Shown in pieces: positions 27,497 to 36,650 of a stretch of DNA of 64,000 nt. The stretch is from assembly GCA_945865405.1 (NCBI GenBank), contig CAMBDS010000002.1, positions 2,368-66,367 of the forward strand, in the 5' to 3' direction. This DNA is from Caldithrix abyssi DSM 13497. Its GTDB lineage: Bacteria > Electryoneota > AABM5-125-24 > Hatepunaeales > Hatepunaeaceae. A model generated the notes under the pieces. The model ran no database searches and was not told the origin of the DNA. It was given only the letters and a program-made list of their open reading frames with translations. Numbering within the stretch: position 1 is the stretch's first letter; each line of letters starts with the position of its first letter. Position numbers and translations under genes: made by a program.

Positions 27497-28423
27497 CTAC
27501 TTCAATCTTTTCCGTCTTGCTAAAAATTCAAACAGCGCAATTTCGAAAGGAACGTCTGTCGTGAATAATCGGTAGTCTATCCTCCCCCCGCTGCATCCAT
27601 GTCGATAAAATTCAAGCACCTTCTCCATCTCTTCACGATATGCCTGCCGAATATGGTGAGGTCTTGTCGGCAGCAATTCGGTCGTTTCAAGATCTCTGAA
27701 TTTGGCATCTCTGGGAAAATCAAACGTAACTTCCAGCGGGTCAAGGATATGAAAAACAAGCAATTCATGACCGACGTGCCGAACTGCTCGCATCGCTGCT
27801 AATGTCTCTTCTGGATCATCAAGTAAATCACTGATCAACACTACCAACCCCCTCCGCTTCACTCTCTCTGCCACATCGAACAGCGCTGAAGCGACTTTCG
27901 TTTTGCCAACCGGCTGAAGATCCTGCATTTGTTTCGACAATGTCTCCAGCCACCCCATGGTGGACTTGGGGGGGAGGATGGAGGTGAGGCTTTCCGCAAA
28001 TGTCACCAACCCCACTGCATCTCGTTGTTTCAGCAATAACAACGATATCGCTGCCGCCAAACACGTCGCATACTCTAACTTCGACAGTTTCCCTTCCTTC
28101 ATTCGTAATTCGTCATTCGTAATTCGTAATTCTCCCTTGAACCCCATCGACCCGGAATGGTCAACCAGGATATACGCCTTCAGGTTGGTCTCCTCTTCGA
28201 ACTGCTTGATGTAGTACCGCCCCGTCTTGCCCAACACCTTGTAATCAAGGTGCTTCAGGCTATCCCCCGCCATGTAAGGCCGATGCTGGGCAAACTCGAC
28301 CGAGAAGCCGTGGTACGGGCTTTGGTGCAATCCCGTCAGGAAACCTTCCACTACCGCCTGCGCATTTAGTTGCAGGTTGGATAGCCGCGAGACGGCCGAG
28401 GGGTTGAGAAGCTGTTGCGTCAA
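27497..28423 (-). CDS. DUF58 family protein (vWA-like, MoxR-associated type)
   Basis: 308 aa. DUF58 core is HRPYMAGDSLKHLDYKVLGKTGRYYIKQFEEETNLKAYILVDHSGSMGF. An internal heptanucleotide repeat sits in-frame in the coding sequence. Confidence 0.7.
   Translation of the reverse strand: MTQQLLNPSAVSRLSNLQLNAQAVVEGFLTGLHQSPYHGFSVEFAQHRPYMAGDSLKHLDYKVLGKTGRYYIKQFEEETNLKAYILVDHSGSMGFKGELRITNDELRMKEGKLSKLEYATCLAAAISLLLLKQRDAVGLVTFAESLTSILPPKSTMGWLETLSKQMQDLQPVGKTKVASALFDVAERVKRRGLVVLISDLLDDPEETLAAMRAVRHVGHELLVFHILDPLEVTFDFPRDAKFRDLETTELLPTRPHHIRQAYREEMEKVLEFYRHGCSGGRIDYRLFTTDVPFEIALFEFLARRKRLK
28101..28135. repeat. (ATTCGTM)5 heptanucleotide repeat inside DUF58 CDS
   Basis: attcgta attcgtc attcgta attcgta attctcc. 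Encodes ELRITNDELRM. Confidence 0.8.
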
Positions 28424-28427
28424 AAGA

Positions 28428-29360
28428 TTACTTCTTTGTCTTATAAAGCGATGCGAGAATTGATATTGTCAAAATCCCCAATATGACCCCCAGCGAAAAT
28501 GGTATCGGAATCTTAACAAATTCGACTATTGTCATCTTAATCCCCACAAAGATAAGGATGACCGACAACCCAAGCTTGAGGTAAACGAACCTGTCCACAA
28601 TATCTGCGAGCAGGAAATAGAGTGACCGAAGTCCCAGGATTGCAAAGATATTCGATGTGAACACGATGAACGGATCTCGCGTCACGGCAAAGATCGCCGG
28701 GATCGAGTCAACCGCGAAAATCACGTCGGTTGCTTCGATGGCGACCAGTGCCAGCAGTAGCGGCGTCGCGAATCTCCGCCCGTTCTCCAACACCATGAAC
28801 TTTTCGCCGCGAAACCCGTCGGTGACGGGCATGAATCGCCGTGTCAGCTTGACCAGTGGATTCTTCCCCGGATCGCTTTCGCCATGCTTCTGGATCATCA
28901 GCTTGATGCCGGTGACGATCAGAATTCCGCCGAACAGGTAAATCGTCCAGTGAAACTTCTCCAGGAGTGCGCTTCCAGCAAAAATGAAGATTATCCTCAT
29001 GATCAGCGCACCAAAGATCCCCCAGAACAGGACGCGATGCTGGTAAAGAGGCGGAATTGCAAATGCTGAGAAAATAACGACAAAGACGAAGATGTTGTCG
29101 ACTGAGAGCGCCTTTTCGATCAGGTATCCGGTGACGAATTCCATCGCTCGTTCGGGACCGAACCATACCTTTACGAGGTAGGCGAACCCCAACGACAGCG
29201 CGATCCAGACGATGCTCCAGATCAAGGCGCTCCTCAGGCTTGTCACTTTCGACTTCCTGCGGAATACTCCGAGGTCGAGAGCTAACATTACAAAAATCAG
29301 CGCAAAAAATCCGAGCCACATTGACGGCGTGCCGACCGTATCGATACCGAATAGGTTCAT
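28428..29360 (-). CDS. TerC/Alx family integral membrane protein
   Basis: 310 aa, multi-pass. TerC hallmarks are EKALSVDNIFVFVVIF and ATDVIFAVDSIPAIFAVTRDPFIVFTSNIFAILGLRSLYF. Confidence 0.85.
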   Translation of the reverse strand: MNLFGIDTVGTPSMWLGFFALIFVMLALDLGVFRRKSKVTSLRSALIWSIVWIALSLGFAYLVKVWFGPERAMEFVTGYLIEKALSVDNIFVFVVIFSAFAIPPLYQHRVLFWGIFGALIMRIIFIFAGSALLEKFHWTIYLFGGILIVTGIKLMIQKHGESDPGKNPLVKLTRRFMPVTDGFRGEKFMVLENGRRFATPLLLALVAIEATDVIFAVDSIPAIFAVTRDPFIVFTSNIFAILGLRSLYFLLADIVDRFVYLKLGLSVILIFVGIKMTIVEFVKIPIPFSLGVILGILTISILASLYKTKK

Positions 29361-29439
29361 TGCAAATTTGGGTTAGGTTAAGGTTGAGAGTGATACGGAA
29401 GGAGCCTTGTTGCTATAGGCGTTTGGCAGGAAATTACGA

Positions 29440-29640
29440 CCCGGTAGGACAGGTTTCCAAACCTGTCCCTCTTCTTTCAGGAGGACAGGCGTCCCTGACT
29501 TTCCCCACCGCTTGCGGGGGGGACAAAGGGGGCGTGTGCTTTCGTCACTCTCTCCCGTACGACAGGCGTCCCTGACTGTCATCTTATCCCCCTCTGCTTG
29601 CAGGGGGGAATTAAAGGGGGGGTGGTTTCCCTATTGCAGG
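29440..29640. repeat. cluster of palindromic repeat units (GGACAGGTTTCCAAACCTGTCC; CCCCACCGCTTGCGGGGGG; GACAGGCGTCCCTGAC) between TerC and HK genes
   Basis: The perfect 22-nt palindrome ggacaggtttccaaacctgtcc lies at 29448-29469. G/C-run flanked ccgcttgcgg lies at 29506-29520. gacaggcgtccctgact occurs twice. Confidence 0.8.
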
Positions 29641-29701
29641 TGCGACTCCGTTGAACGGAGTTGCGAAAAGGATCCGATTGATATTATCGGTTCATGGGAG
29701 G

Positions 29702-32700
29702 TCATTTTTCCTTATCCCTATCCAACACCTCCCGCACCTTGGTAGCCAGTTCAACAGGTCTGAAAGGTTTCGGGAGATATGGTGAATCAGGGTCGATTAT
29801 TCCCTGATTGACGACAGCGTTTGTGGTATATCCCGACATGAAAATCACCTTCAAGCCGGGTATATGTCCGCGCATGATTGCCGCAAGTTCATTCCCCTTC
29901 ATCTTCGGCATCACTACATCCGTCAACAACAGGTCGAATTTCAACGATCCAGCGAGGTAAAGGTCGATAGCCTCTTGCCCGTTGGAAGCCGCTGTCACTT
30001 TATAACCGTAGGCTTCGAGGAATTTCACAGCAATCTCTCGCACTGCTCGCTCATCTTCCACTACAAGGATAGACTCGTCGCCTCTAAGTTTCGAGTTGTC
30101 CGTTGTGAGGTTAACCGCATCAATGTTACTCTCTTCCTGAGCCGCTGGCAGATATATCTTGAACGCTGTACCTTTCCCCACTTCTGAATAAACATTGATC
30201 GAGCCATTACTCTGCTTGACAATGCCATAAACAGTCGAAAGCCCCAGCCCCGTCCCCTTTCCAACTTCTTTTGTTGTGAAGAAAGGATCGAAGATTTTGC
30301 TGACGATTTCGCTCGACATTCCTATCCCGGTATCGCTAACCGCAAGCATGACGTGCTGGCCGGCATTCGCTTCAGGATAGAGTTTGATGTATTCCTTATC
30401 AAGAACAATATTGTCTGTTTCTATCGTGAGACTGCCCCCGTCCGGCATGGCATCACGGGCGTTGACGGCAAGATTAATAATCACCTGCTCTATCTGACCC
30501 GGATCGACTTTAACCTTCCAAAGATTAAGCGACCCCTTGCAAACCAAAGTGACATCTTCACCAATCAGACGCCGCAACATTTTTTCCATATTATTGATCG
30601 AATAATTCAAATCAACTATTTTCGGTGCCAAAGCCTGTTTTCGACTGAATGCCAGCAATTGACGCGTAAGGCTTGCCGCTCTATCTGCCGCATCGGCAAT
30701 TTCATTGATATCTTCCCGTACTGGATCATTGTCTTTTAACTTAATCATCGCCAATTCACAGTTACCAGAAATCACCGTAAGAAGATTATTGAAGTCGTGT
30801 GCTACTCCGCCCGCGAGCTGGCCTATCGACTCCATCTTTTGCGACTGGCGTAGTTGACCTTCCAGAATTTTTCGAGCTGAGAGATCACGCAATACAGAGA
30901 CTACCATCCAGTTGTCGCTGAATAGAAATGTATGCGCATTGACCTCAACCGGTACTTTTATCCCGTCCTTGCTTTGAACCAGCATCTCAAAATTATTTAC
31001 TCCTTCTTGCAAAAGTCGCTCACTTCTTTGAAGCATATGTGGACGATCTTCTTCCGCCGCAATGTCGAAGGGGGTCATACAAAGTAATTCATCATGGGTA
31101 AAACCCAGCAATTCAGTAGCGGCAAGATTTACTTCTGTGAACGTTGATAATTTGTCTGGTTCAATATGGCGTACGAGAATTGCGTCACGGGCATTGTCGA
31201 AAAGTGCGCGAAATTTCTCTGCCGATTCTTTGATCATCTTATCAGCACGAATTCGTTCGGTGATATCGCGAATGTTACATTGGATAACCGGCTTGCCTGC
31301 TACATCATAAACATTGCTGATAAACTCAACCAAATGTTCGTTGCCTGCCTTTGATTTTAATGGCAGATTTTCGTAACGAATATACTCTCTATCCTGCAAT
31401 TTCAAGAATTTGGCTTTACTCTCTTCGACGTCGATCCCCCAGCCAATATCCCAGATAGCCTTATCCTTCAGTTCTGCTAAAGTATATCCCAGCATATCCA
31501 GTATAAACGGATTCGCATCGACAATCTTCCCCGATTCCGAATCGAGTATAAGGATTCCATCCTTAGCCGCCTCGAAAAGACGTCGATAGCGCAATTCTGA
31601 CGCAATCGACTCTCGCTCAGCCTTGAGCTTCTCTGTAACATCTTGGACATCAATCAAAGAAGCGGGCATACCTTTGTAGATGAATGGAACTGCATTCATC
31701 TCAACGTTGAATGGCGTTCCGTCCAATTTTAAAAGAATTCCCTTTATTCCTCGCCTCGGAACTCCAGTATTAAGCATATCCTCAATATCTGCCAGAACAT
31801 AGGAACGGGCATATTCAGGAATTCGTTCAATAATGGGGTGTCCGATGACCTGGTTAGGGTCGGTGGCGCCATACATTGCAAGGCCTGATCGGTTGACAAA
31901 TTGCGTTACCCCACCACATTGAAACTCTATCATCGACGAAGTATTCTCGACCACCAGACGATGGAGTTCCTCAGAATGCACCAGTTCTGCTTCAGCAAGT
32001 TTGCGCTTAGTAATATCCTGGTTAACACCATAAGTTTTTACAGTTCTTCCTGTTGAATCTTTTTCTATGAATATCTGAACAGAAAAGTGCCCGATCTGGC
32101 CATCAGCATACAAAACACGGTGTTCGAGGATGCTACTATAATTTGGATCTTCTGTTGAAAGAGCTTTTCCAATCTCTTCTCCAACAAGTGGAAGTTCATC
32201 AGGATGAACGTACTTACCTGCATAGTCGGCTGACGACATTTTATAACCGCCAGCTTCAATTGCCGTGGTTCGAAATAGTGAGTAAAAGGCATCATTGAAA
32301 GTAAACTGATCTGCTGCTACATCATATTCCCAAGGTCCAAGCCGCGCAATGTCAATGGCGTTGGCAAGCTGTATTTTGCTGTTTCTCAGCTCCAGTTCGG
32401 CATTTTTTCGTTCGGTTATTACATCGAACACAGCTACAAAATGATCCCGTTTGGGGCTGTAAATCAACAACGAAAACCACTGCTTCAGAGCTTCTACGTG
32501 GAACTCAATCTTTTGCGTTTCGCCTCCGCGTGATACAGCTCCATAAATTCTAAACAATTCCTTGTCACTCTCAAGTATCCCCGGGATGACGTCCGAAACC
32601 TTTTTTCCAACAACATTTTTGAGTCCGGTCAGCGATTCGAAGGATTCATTGACATCAAGATAGATAAAATCAATAGGTTCATTGTTTTCGTATAACATTT

Positions 32701-33748
32701 GACAATAGGCGTACCCCTCCTGCATATTCTCAAAAAGTGATCGATACTTTATCTCGCTTGCGACTAGTTCCTTTTTCTGCTCGGAAGCTTTTGTCACTAA
32801 CCTTGCCAGAGACCCCAGCTCATCGTCCCTTTTGAGCATATCATTGAGAAGTGACGGGTCGTCTCTCCGTAAGCTTTCTGACAAGTTTTGTAACGGCTGA
32901 TAAATAAATTGATAAGCTCCAATTAATATTAACGCCATTAATCCCAACATAAATAGTGAATAATCAATAATATCCCTCTTGGTCGAGGCGGCAATTTTCG
33001 CAAACGAAGCAGCCTCTTTAGATGAAATCAGATAACCTTGTACTGTATCATTCCAACTCTTTAGCTCAAACCTGAAGTCGATTACTCCGATATCTGGCTC
33101 ATTATCATGGAGATGAGTGAGATTGCTTGCTTGATTCTCTGAATTGGGATACTCAACTGTAACATGACTCTCTATCAAGTCTGAAACCATCGTTACGTAA
33201 TCACTATCCCACAAAACCCCTGTAATAAAATATCCCTGAGGAGTGGTCTTCCTGTCTTGATCTGCTGAAGGTTGTAGCGGAGCGGTTCGAATTTCAAGTT
33301 TTCCCCAGGTTGAGTTGACAAAAAAATGATTGAACCAGTCGTCACTGATTACAGATTTAAGATCAAACGGCAACTCGATTGTCGTGAACTCTTCCTCTTC
33401 GTCCTTCATAACGTTATAAACAACATGAAAGTCCTTGTCTGTCAACCACAACGCGTCAACCTTGAATGTGGAGGTTGCAGGTTGAAGATTTTCAATAGCC
33501 CACACTGTATCAGGTGCCTTGACGAACTCAAGAATGTCATCCCAATAGCTGTAGTCATACGTGAGCAATCTCTGTGATTCATTAATAAGGGATAGCTGAT
33601 TATTGAAAATCCTAAGATCGCCAGCTTCTCTATCTTGATGAATCTCAATTAATTCCTGTTGCTCACTTTTCAACAGGAAATGCCCGCCCACTGCGAAAAG
33701 CAGCACGAACGAAGCGGCTAACAGAACAATTTTTGACTTAGTGTTCAT
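29702..33748 (-). CDS. hybrid sensor histidine kinase with periplasmic sensor, multiple PAS/PAC domains, HisKA, HATPase_c and C-terminal receiver
   Basis: 1348 aa. N-terminal transmembrane helix, then a second one about 250 aa later. Several PAS-like segments. H-box is GGVAHDFNNLLTVISG. GHKL motifs are present. The C-terminal REC domain is LVVEDERAVREI...LLLTDVVMPKMKG. Confidence 0.85.
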   Translation of the reverse strand: MNTKSKIVLLAASFVLLFAVGGHFLLKSEQQELIEIHQDREAGDLRIFNNQLSLINESQRLLTYDYSYWDDILEFVKAPDTVWAIENLQPATSTFKVDALWLTDKDFHVVYNVMKDEEEEFTTIELPFDLKSVISDDWFNHFFVNSTWGKLEIRTAPLQPSADQDRKTTPQGYFITGVLWDSDYVTMVSDLIESHVTVEYPNSENQASNLTHLHDNEPDIGVIDFRFELKSWNDTVQGYLISSKEAASFAKIAASTKRDIIDYSLFMLGLMALILIGAYQFIYQPLQNLSESLRRDDPSLLNDMLKRDDELGSLARLVTKASEQKKELVASEIKYRSLFENMQEGYAYCQMLYENNEPIDFIYLDVNESFESLTGLKNVVGKKVSDVIPGILESDKELFRIYGAVSRGGETQKIEFHVEALKQWFSLLIYSPKRDHFVAVFDVITERKNAELELRNSKIQLANAIDIARLGPWEYDVAADQFTFNDAFYSLFRTTAIEAGGYKMSSADYAGKYVHPDELPLVGEEIGKALSTEDPNYSSILEHRVLYADGQIGHFSVQIFIEKDSTGRTVKTYGVNQDITKRKLAEAELVHSEELHRLVVENTSSMIEFQCGGVTQFVNRSGLAMYGATDPNQVIGHPIIERIPEYARSYVLADIEDMLNTGVPRRGIKGILLKLDGTPFNVEMNAVPFIYKGMPASLIDVQDVTEKLKAERESIASELRYRRLFEAAKDGILILDSESGKIVDANPFILDMLGYTLAELKDKAIWDIGWGIDVEESKAKFLKLQDREYIRYENLPLKSKAGNEHLVEFISNVYDVAGKPVIQCNIRDITERIRADKMIKESAEKFRALFDNARDAILVRHIEPDKLSTFTEVNLAATELLGFTHDELLCMTPFDIAAEEDRPHMLQRSERLLQEGVNNFEMLVQSKDGIKVPVEVNAHTFLFSDNWMVVSVLRDLSARKILEGQLRQSQKMESIGQLAGGVAHDFNNLLTVISGNCELAMIKLKDNDPVREDINEIADAADRAASLTRQLLAFSRKQALAPKIVDLNYSINNMEKMLRRLIGEDVTLVCKGSLNLWKVKVDPGQIEQVIINLAVNARDAMPDGGSLTIETDNIVLDKEYIKLYPEANAGQHVMLAVSDTGIGMSSEIVSKIFDPFFTTKEVGKGTGLGLSTVYGIVKQSNGSINVYSEVGKGTAFKIYLPAAQEESNIDAVNLTTDNSKLRGDESILVVEDERAVREIAVKFLEAYGYKVTAASNGQEAIDLYLAGSLKFDLLLTDVVMPKMKGNELAAIMRGHIPGLKVIFMSGYTTNAVVNQGIIDPDSPYLPKPFRPVELATKVREVLDRDKEK

Positions 33749-34121
33749 GATTCATCCATAGCGTTCTGCTGATCGAAAGCCAGATCACTGCAATCTTGCG
33801 ATCATCGACCGCGCTACCAAACTCTTCATTGGGTAAGTAGCTCAGATTTAGTTGAGGTTCCACTGACCAATCTCCCCACTCAAGCGTTGCGACGCAATGA
33901 TAATTAAGGACGAGCACCCCGGCATCGGATACTCCGAGGTTCACCTCTTTGAATTTCTTCGATGACCATCCTGCGCCAAACTCCTGATTAATGCTGAAGG
34001 ATGGGAATTCCTTTTCGTGTGCAAGGCTCAGGTTGCCAAAATAAGCTCCCTGGTACTCGATCACATCGACAGTGTTGGTGAAGTTAAGGCTGAAGGTCGA
34101 TAGCGGATAGGCGCAGATCAA
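33738..34121 (-). CDS. hypothetical small protein (possible OM beta-barrel fragment); TTG start, boundaries uncertain
   Basis: 127 aa. Alternating hydrophobic pattern. Overlaps the histidine-kinase start by 11 nt. No in-frame ATG upstream. Confidence 0.25.
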   Translation of the reverse strand: MICAYPLSTFSLNFTNTVDVIEYQGAYFGNLSLAHEKEFPSFSINQEFGAGWSSKKFKEVNLGVSDAGVLVLNYHCVATLEWGDWSVEPQLNLSYLPNEEFGSAVDDRKIAVIWLSISRTLWMNHEH

Positions 34122-34414
34122 CTCAACCTCGCCTGTCGAAGGCGATTCTGGAGAAATCGAATTCTCTTTTGGGTGCGCTAACCTCTTCTAACATAACTTT
34201 AATCCATAATTCTAACGAAACTCAGGGCTTTCGTCATGCTGGTTTACTGTAAAATTCGGTGACTTTTGTTCCTCGCTACCGTTGCATATAGTACGACAGA
34301 GTCAGGCTGAGTGTGTGCTCTTCCCCTCTTTATTTAAGACGCATTATTTAAGCGACATTTTCACTTGCTTTTTATCAATTATTGTCGTATATTAGCAGTC
34401 ACAATCTACTACCT

Positions 34415-34460
34415 TACTTCGTACTTCGTACTTCTGACTTCTGACTTCTGACTTCGTACT
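34415..34460. repeat. mixed heptanucleotide tandem repeat (TACTTCG)2(TGACTTC)3, intergenic
   Basis: tacttcgtacttcgtacttctgacttctgacttctgacttcgtact. Confidence 0.8.
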
Positions 34461-34584
34461 TTTTCTGTGACTGATGTGACCATTCAAACATGTTGAATCA
34501 CAAATCGATCACGCCTGTAGCCACTATCCAATAAGCCTTTCCAGATTCCTGTGACTCAGTGATCGATTTTTGACTATACCGCCC

Positions 34585-35994
34585 TTATCCGTGAATCTGC
34601 ATCTTATTGACCGCCAGTGCCGCCTCCTTCAAGGCTTCGGAAAGCGTTGGGTGAGCGTGGATCGTGCGGCCAATATCCTCGGACGACGCGACAAACTCCA
34701 TCGCCATAGCGGCCTCAGCGATCAGGTCGGAAGCTCGCGGCCCCAATATGCTGACCCCCAACACCCTGTCGGTCTCAGCGTCAGCGACAACCTTCACCAA
34801 CCCCTCCGCACTGCCAAGGCTTAGTGCCCGCCCGTTCCCGCGGAAGTAGAACTTCCCGGTCTTGACCGTCTTCCCCGCCGCTTTCGCCTCATCCTCCGAC
34901 AACCCAACCACCGCAAGCTCAGGATTCGTATAGACAACATTCGGGACAACGTCGTAATTGACGTGCCCGGCGTGACCTGTGAGCTGCTCGGCTAACGCGA
35001 CGCCTTCTTCGGATGCCTTGTGCGCCAGCATCGGCCCGCGGATCAGATCGCCGATAGCGTAAACGCTGTGGATGTTGGTCTGGAAGTGGTCGTCAACCAC
35101 GACTTTGCCACGCTCGATGGCGACGCCAGCCTCAGCCAAGCCTGCGCCTTCGCTGAAGGCACGCCTGCCTATCGCGACAAGGATTTTGTCGCCAATGAGG
35201 CTCTGCTCAGCGCCGTCCTTGTCGGTGTAGGTGAGGGTGGCTTTTTTGCCTTTGACGGTCGCGCCGGTGACTTTGGCGTTAAGGATGAATTCGATGCCCT
35301 GATCAGTCAAAGATTTCTGGAGCATCGTCGTCAACTGCTTGTCGGCGAACGGGACGATGTTGGGGAGCATCTCCACGACGGTGACTTTGCTGCCGAGCCG
35401 CCGCCAGACGCTGCCAAGCTCAAGGCCGACCGCGCCAGCGCCGACGACGATCAGGTGGTCGGGGACTTTGTCGAAGGCGAGAGCTTCGGTCGAGGAAACG
35501 ACGAACTTGCCGTCGAACTTCATGAAGGGAAGCTCGATGGGGACAGAGCCCATGGCGAGGACGATGCTCTTAGTTTGGAGTTTGGAGTTTGGAGTTTGGA
35601 ATTGCGGGTCGGCGCTGTCAAGAATTTCGACTTCGCCGGTACCGATGAGCTTTCCAGTCCCTTTGATGACCGTGACCTTATTCTTCTTCATCAGCAAGGC
35701 GATGCCGTCAGTCAGGGTGTTGACGATGTTAGTTTTTTTGCCGAGAAGCTGGGGCAGGTCAAGCGAGACGCCGGAGGTTTTGATGCCGTAGCCAGGAAAT
35801 TTATGGAGGACGTCGTGGAACCATTCGGAGGTTTCGAGCATGGCTTTGGAAGGGATACAGCCAACGTTTAGGCACGTTCCGCCGAGGCGGGCGTCCTTTT
35901 CGACGAGGGCGACTTTCATGCCAAGCTGGGCGGCACGGATGGCGCAGACATAGCCTCCGGGGCCTGAGCCGATGACGACAAGATCGAAGTTCAT
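34585..35994 (-). CDS. lpdA: dihydrolipoyl dehydrogenase (E3)
   Basis: 469 aa. FAD-binding site is VVIGSGPGGYVCAIRAAQLG. Redox-active disulfide is GGTCLNVGCIPSK. Carries an in-frame (TTTGGAG)n insert encoding QTPNSKLQTK. Confidence 0.9.
   Translation of the reverse strand: MNFDLVVIGSGPGGYVCAIRAAQLGMKVALVEKDARLGGTCLNVGCIPSKAMLETSEWFHDVLHKFPGYGIKTSGVSLDLPQLLGKKTNIVNTLTDGIALLMKKNKVTVIKGTGKLIGTGEVEILDSADPQFQTPNSKLQTKSIVLAMGSVPIELPFMKFDGKFVVSSTEALAFDKVPDHLIVVGAGAVGLELGSVWRRLGSKVTVVEMLPNIVPFADKQLTTMLQKSLTDQGIEFILNAKVTGATVKGKKATLTYTDKDGAEQSLIGDKILVAIGRRAFSEGAGLAEAGVAIERGKVVVDDHFQTNIHSVYAIGDLIRGPMLAHKASEEGVALAEQLTGHAGHVNYDVVPNVVYTNPELAVVGLSEDEAKAAGKTVKTGKFYFRGNGRALSLGSAEGLVKVVADAETDRVLGVSILGPRASDLIAEAAMAMEFVASSEDIGRTIHAHPTLSEALKEAALAVNKMQIHG
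35574..35601. repeat. (TTTGGAG)4 heptanucleotide repeat inside lpd CDS
   Basis: tttggagtttggagtttggagtttggaa. Same tract as at 2365. Encodes FQTPNSKLQTK. Confidence 0.85.
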
Positions 35995-36031
35995 TAAGAA
36001 TTAATAATTAAGAATTAATAATTAAGAATAG
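35995..36031. repeat. 14-nt tandem repeat (TTAAGAATTAATAA x2.6) abutting lpd start codon
   Basis: ttaagaattaataa ttaagaattaataa ttaagaata, directly adjacent to the lpd ATG (complement of 35992-35994). Confidence 0.8.
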
Positions 36032-36044
36032 TTGGGAATCCCAA

Positions 36045-36650
36045 TTACTCTTTCCATTTGATGGAACAGCCTTTGGCGACAGTCTCGGCGGTGACGATCT
36101 GGTCGGGCTTGCCTGCGACGAGGGCCTTGATGGCGTCGGAAAGATAGTGCTCTTTGACCAAAGTTTGGTCCTTGGAGTCGTCGATAGCACCGCGGTAGCG
36201 CAAGGTTAAGTTGCCGTCGAAGAGGAAGACGTGGGGGGTGACTCGCGCACCGAAAGCTGTGCCTACCCATTGAGTCGGGTCGTAGAGGTAGGGGAAAGGG
36301 TACTTCTTCTCGAGGGCGCGGGCTTTCATATGTGCTGGGCCGTCGTCGGGGGCGAAAGACGTGTCGTTCGAGGAGATCAGGATGAGCTGGACGCCTTGCT
36401 TGCCGAACTCGTTGCCCAAGGCGATCATGCGGTCTTCGTAAGCCTTGGCAACGGGGCAGTGGTTGCAGGAGAAGATTACACAGACGGCTTTGGACTTGCC
36501 CTCGTAGCGGCTGATGTTGACGAACTTGTCGTCAACGGTGTTGACAAGCTTGAAGTCGGGGGACTTCGCGCCGATGGCAAGCTGCGGAGGGGGATCCTTG
36601 GCGAAAGCGGTCGCGGCAAGGAACAGGGGAAGGATGATGTATTTGGTCAT
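36045..36650 (-). CDS. secreted thioredoxin-fold thiol-disulfide oxidoreductase (TlpA/ResA/AhpC-TSA-like)
   Basis: 201 aa. Signal peptide. CxxC motif is FSCNHCPVAK. Confidence 0.7.
   Translation of the reverse strand: MTKYIILPLFLAATAFAKDPPPQLAIGAKSPDFKLVNTVDDKFVNISRYEGKSKAVCVIFSCNHCPVAKAYEDRMIALGNEFGKQGVQLILISSNDTSFAPDDGPAHMKARALEKKYPFPYLYDPTQWVGTAFGARVTPHVFLFDGNLTLRYRGAIDDSKDQTLVKEHYLSDAIKALVAGKPDQIVTAETVAKGCSIKWKE

Noticed and set aside
29361-29701. yybP-ykoY (Mn) riboswitch upstream of TerC
   Set aside because: It was expected from the gene context. By eye I could not find the conserved riboswitch core in the minus-strand leader. The region is instead occupied by the palindromic repeat units. 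Left as a cmsearch check.
35020-35871. 283-aa plus-strand ORF (and 150-aa ORF 35339..35791) antisense to lpd
   Set aside because: It lies entirely inside the strongly supported lpdA gene. Its composition is the mirror of lpd codon bias and it has no recognisable domains. It is an antisense artefact.
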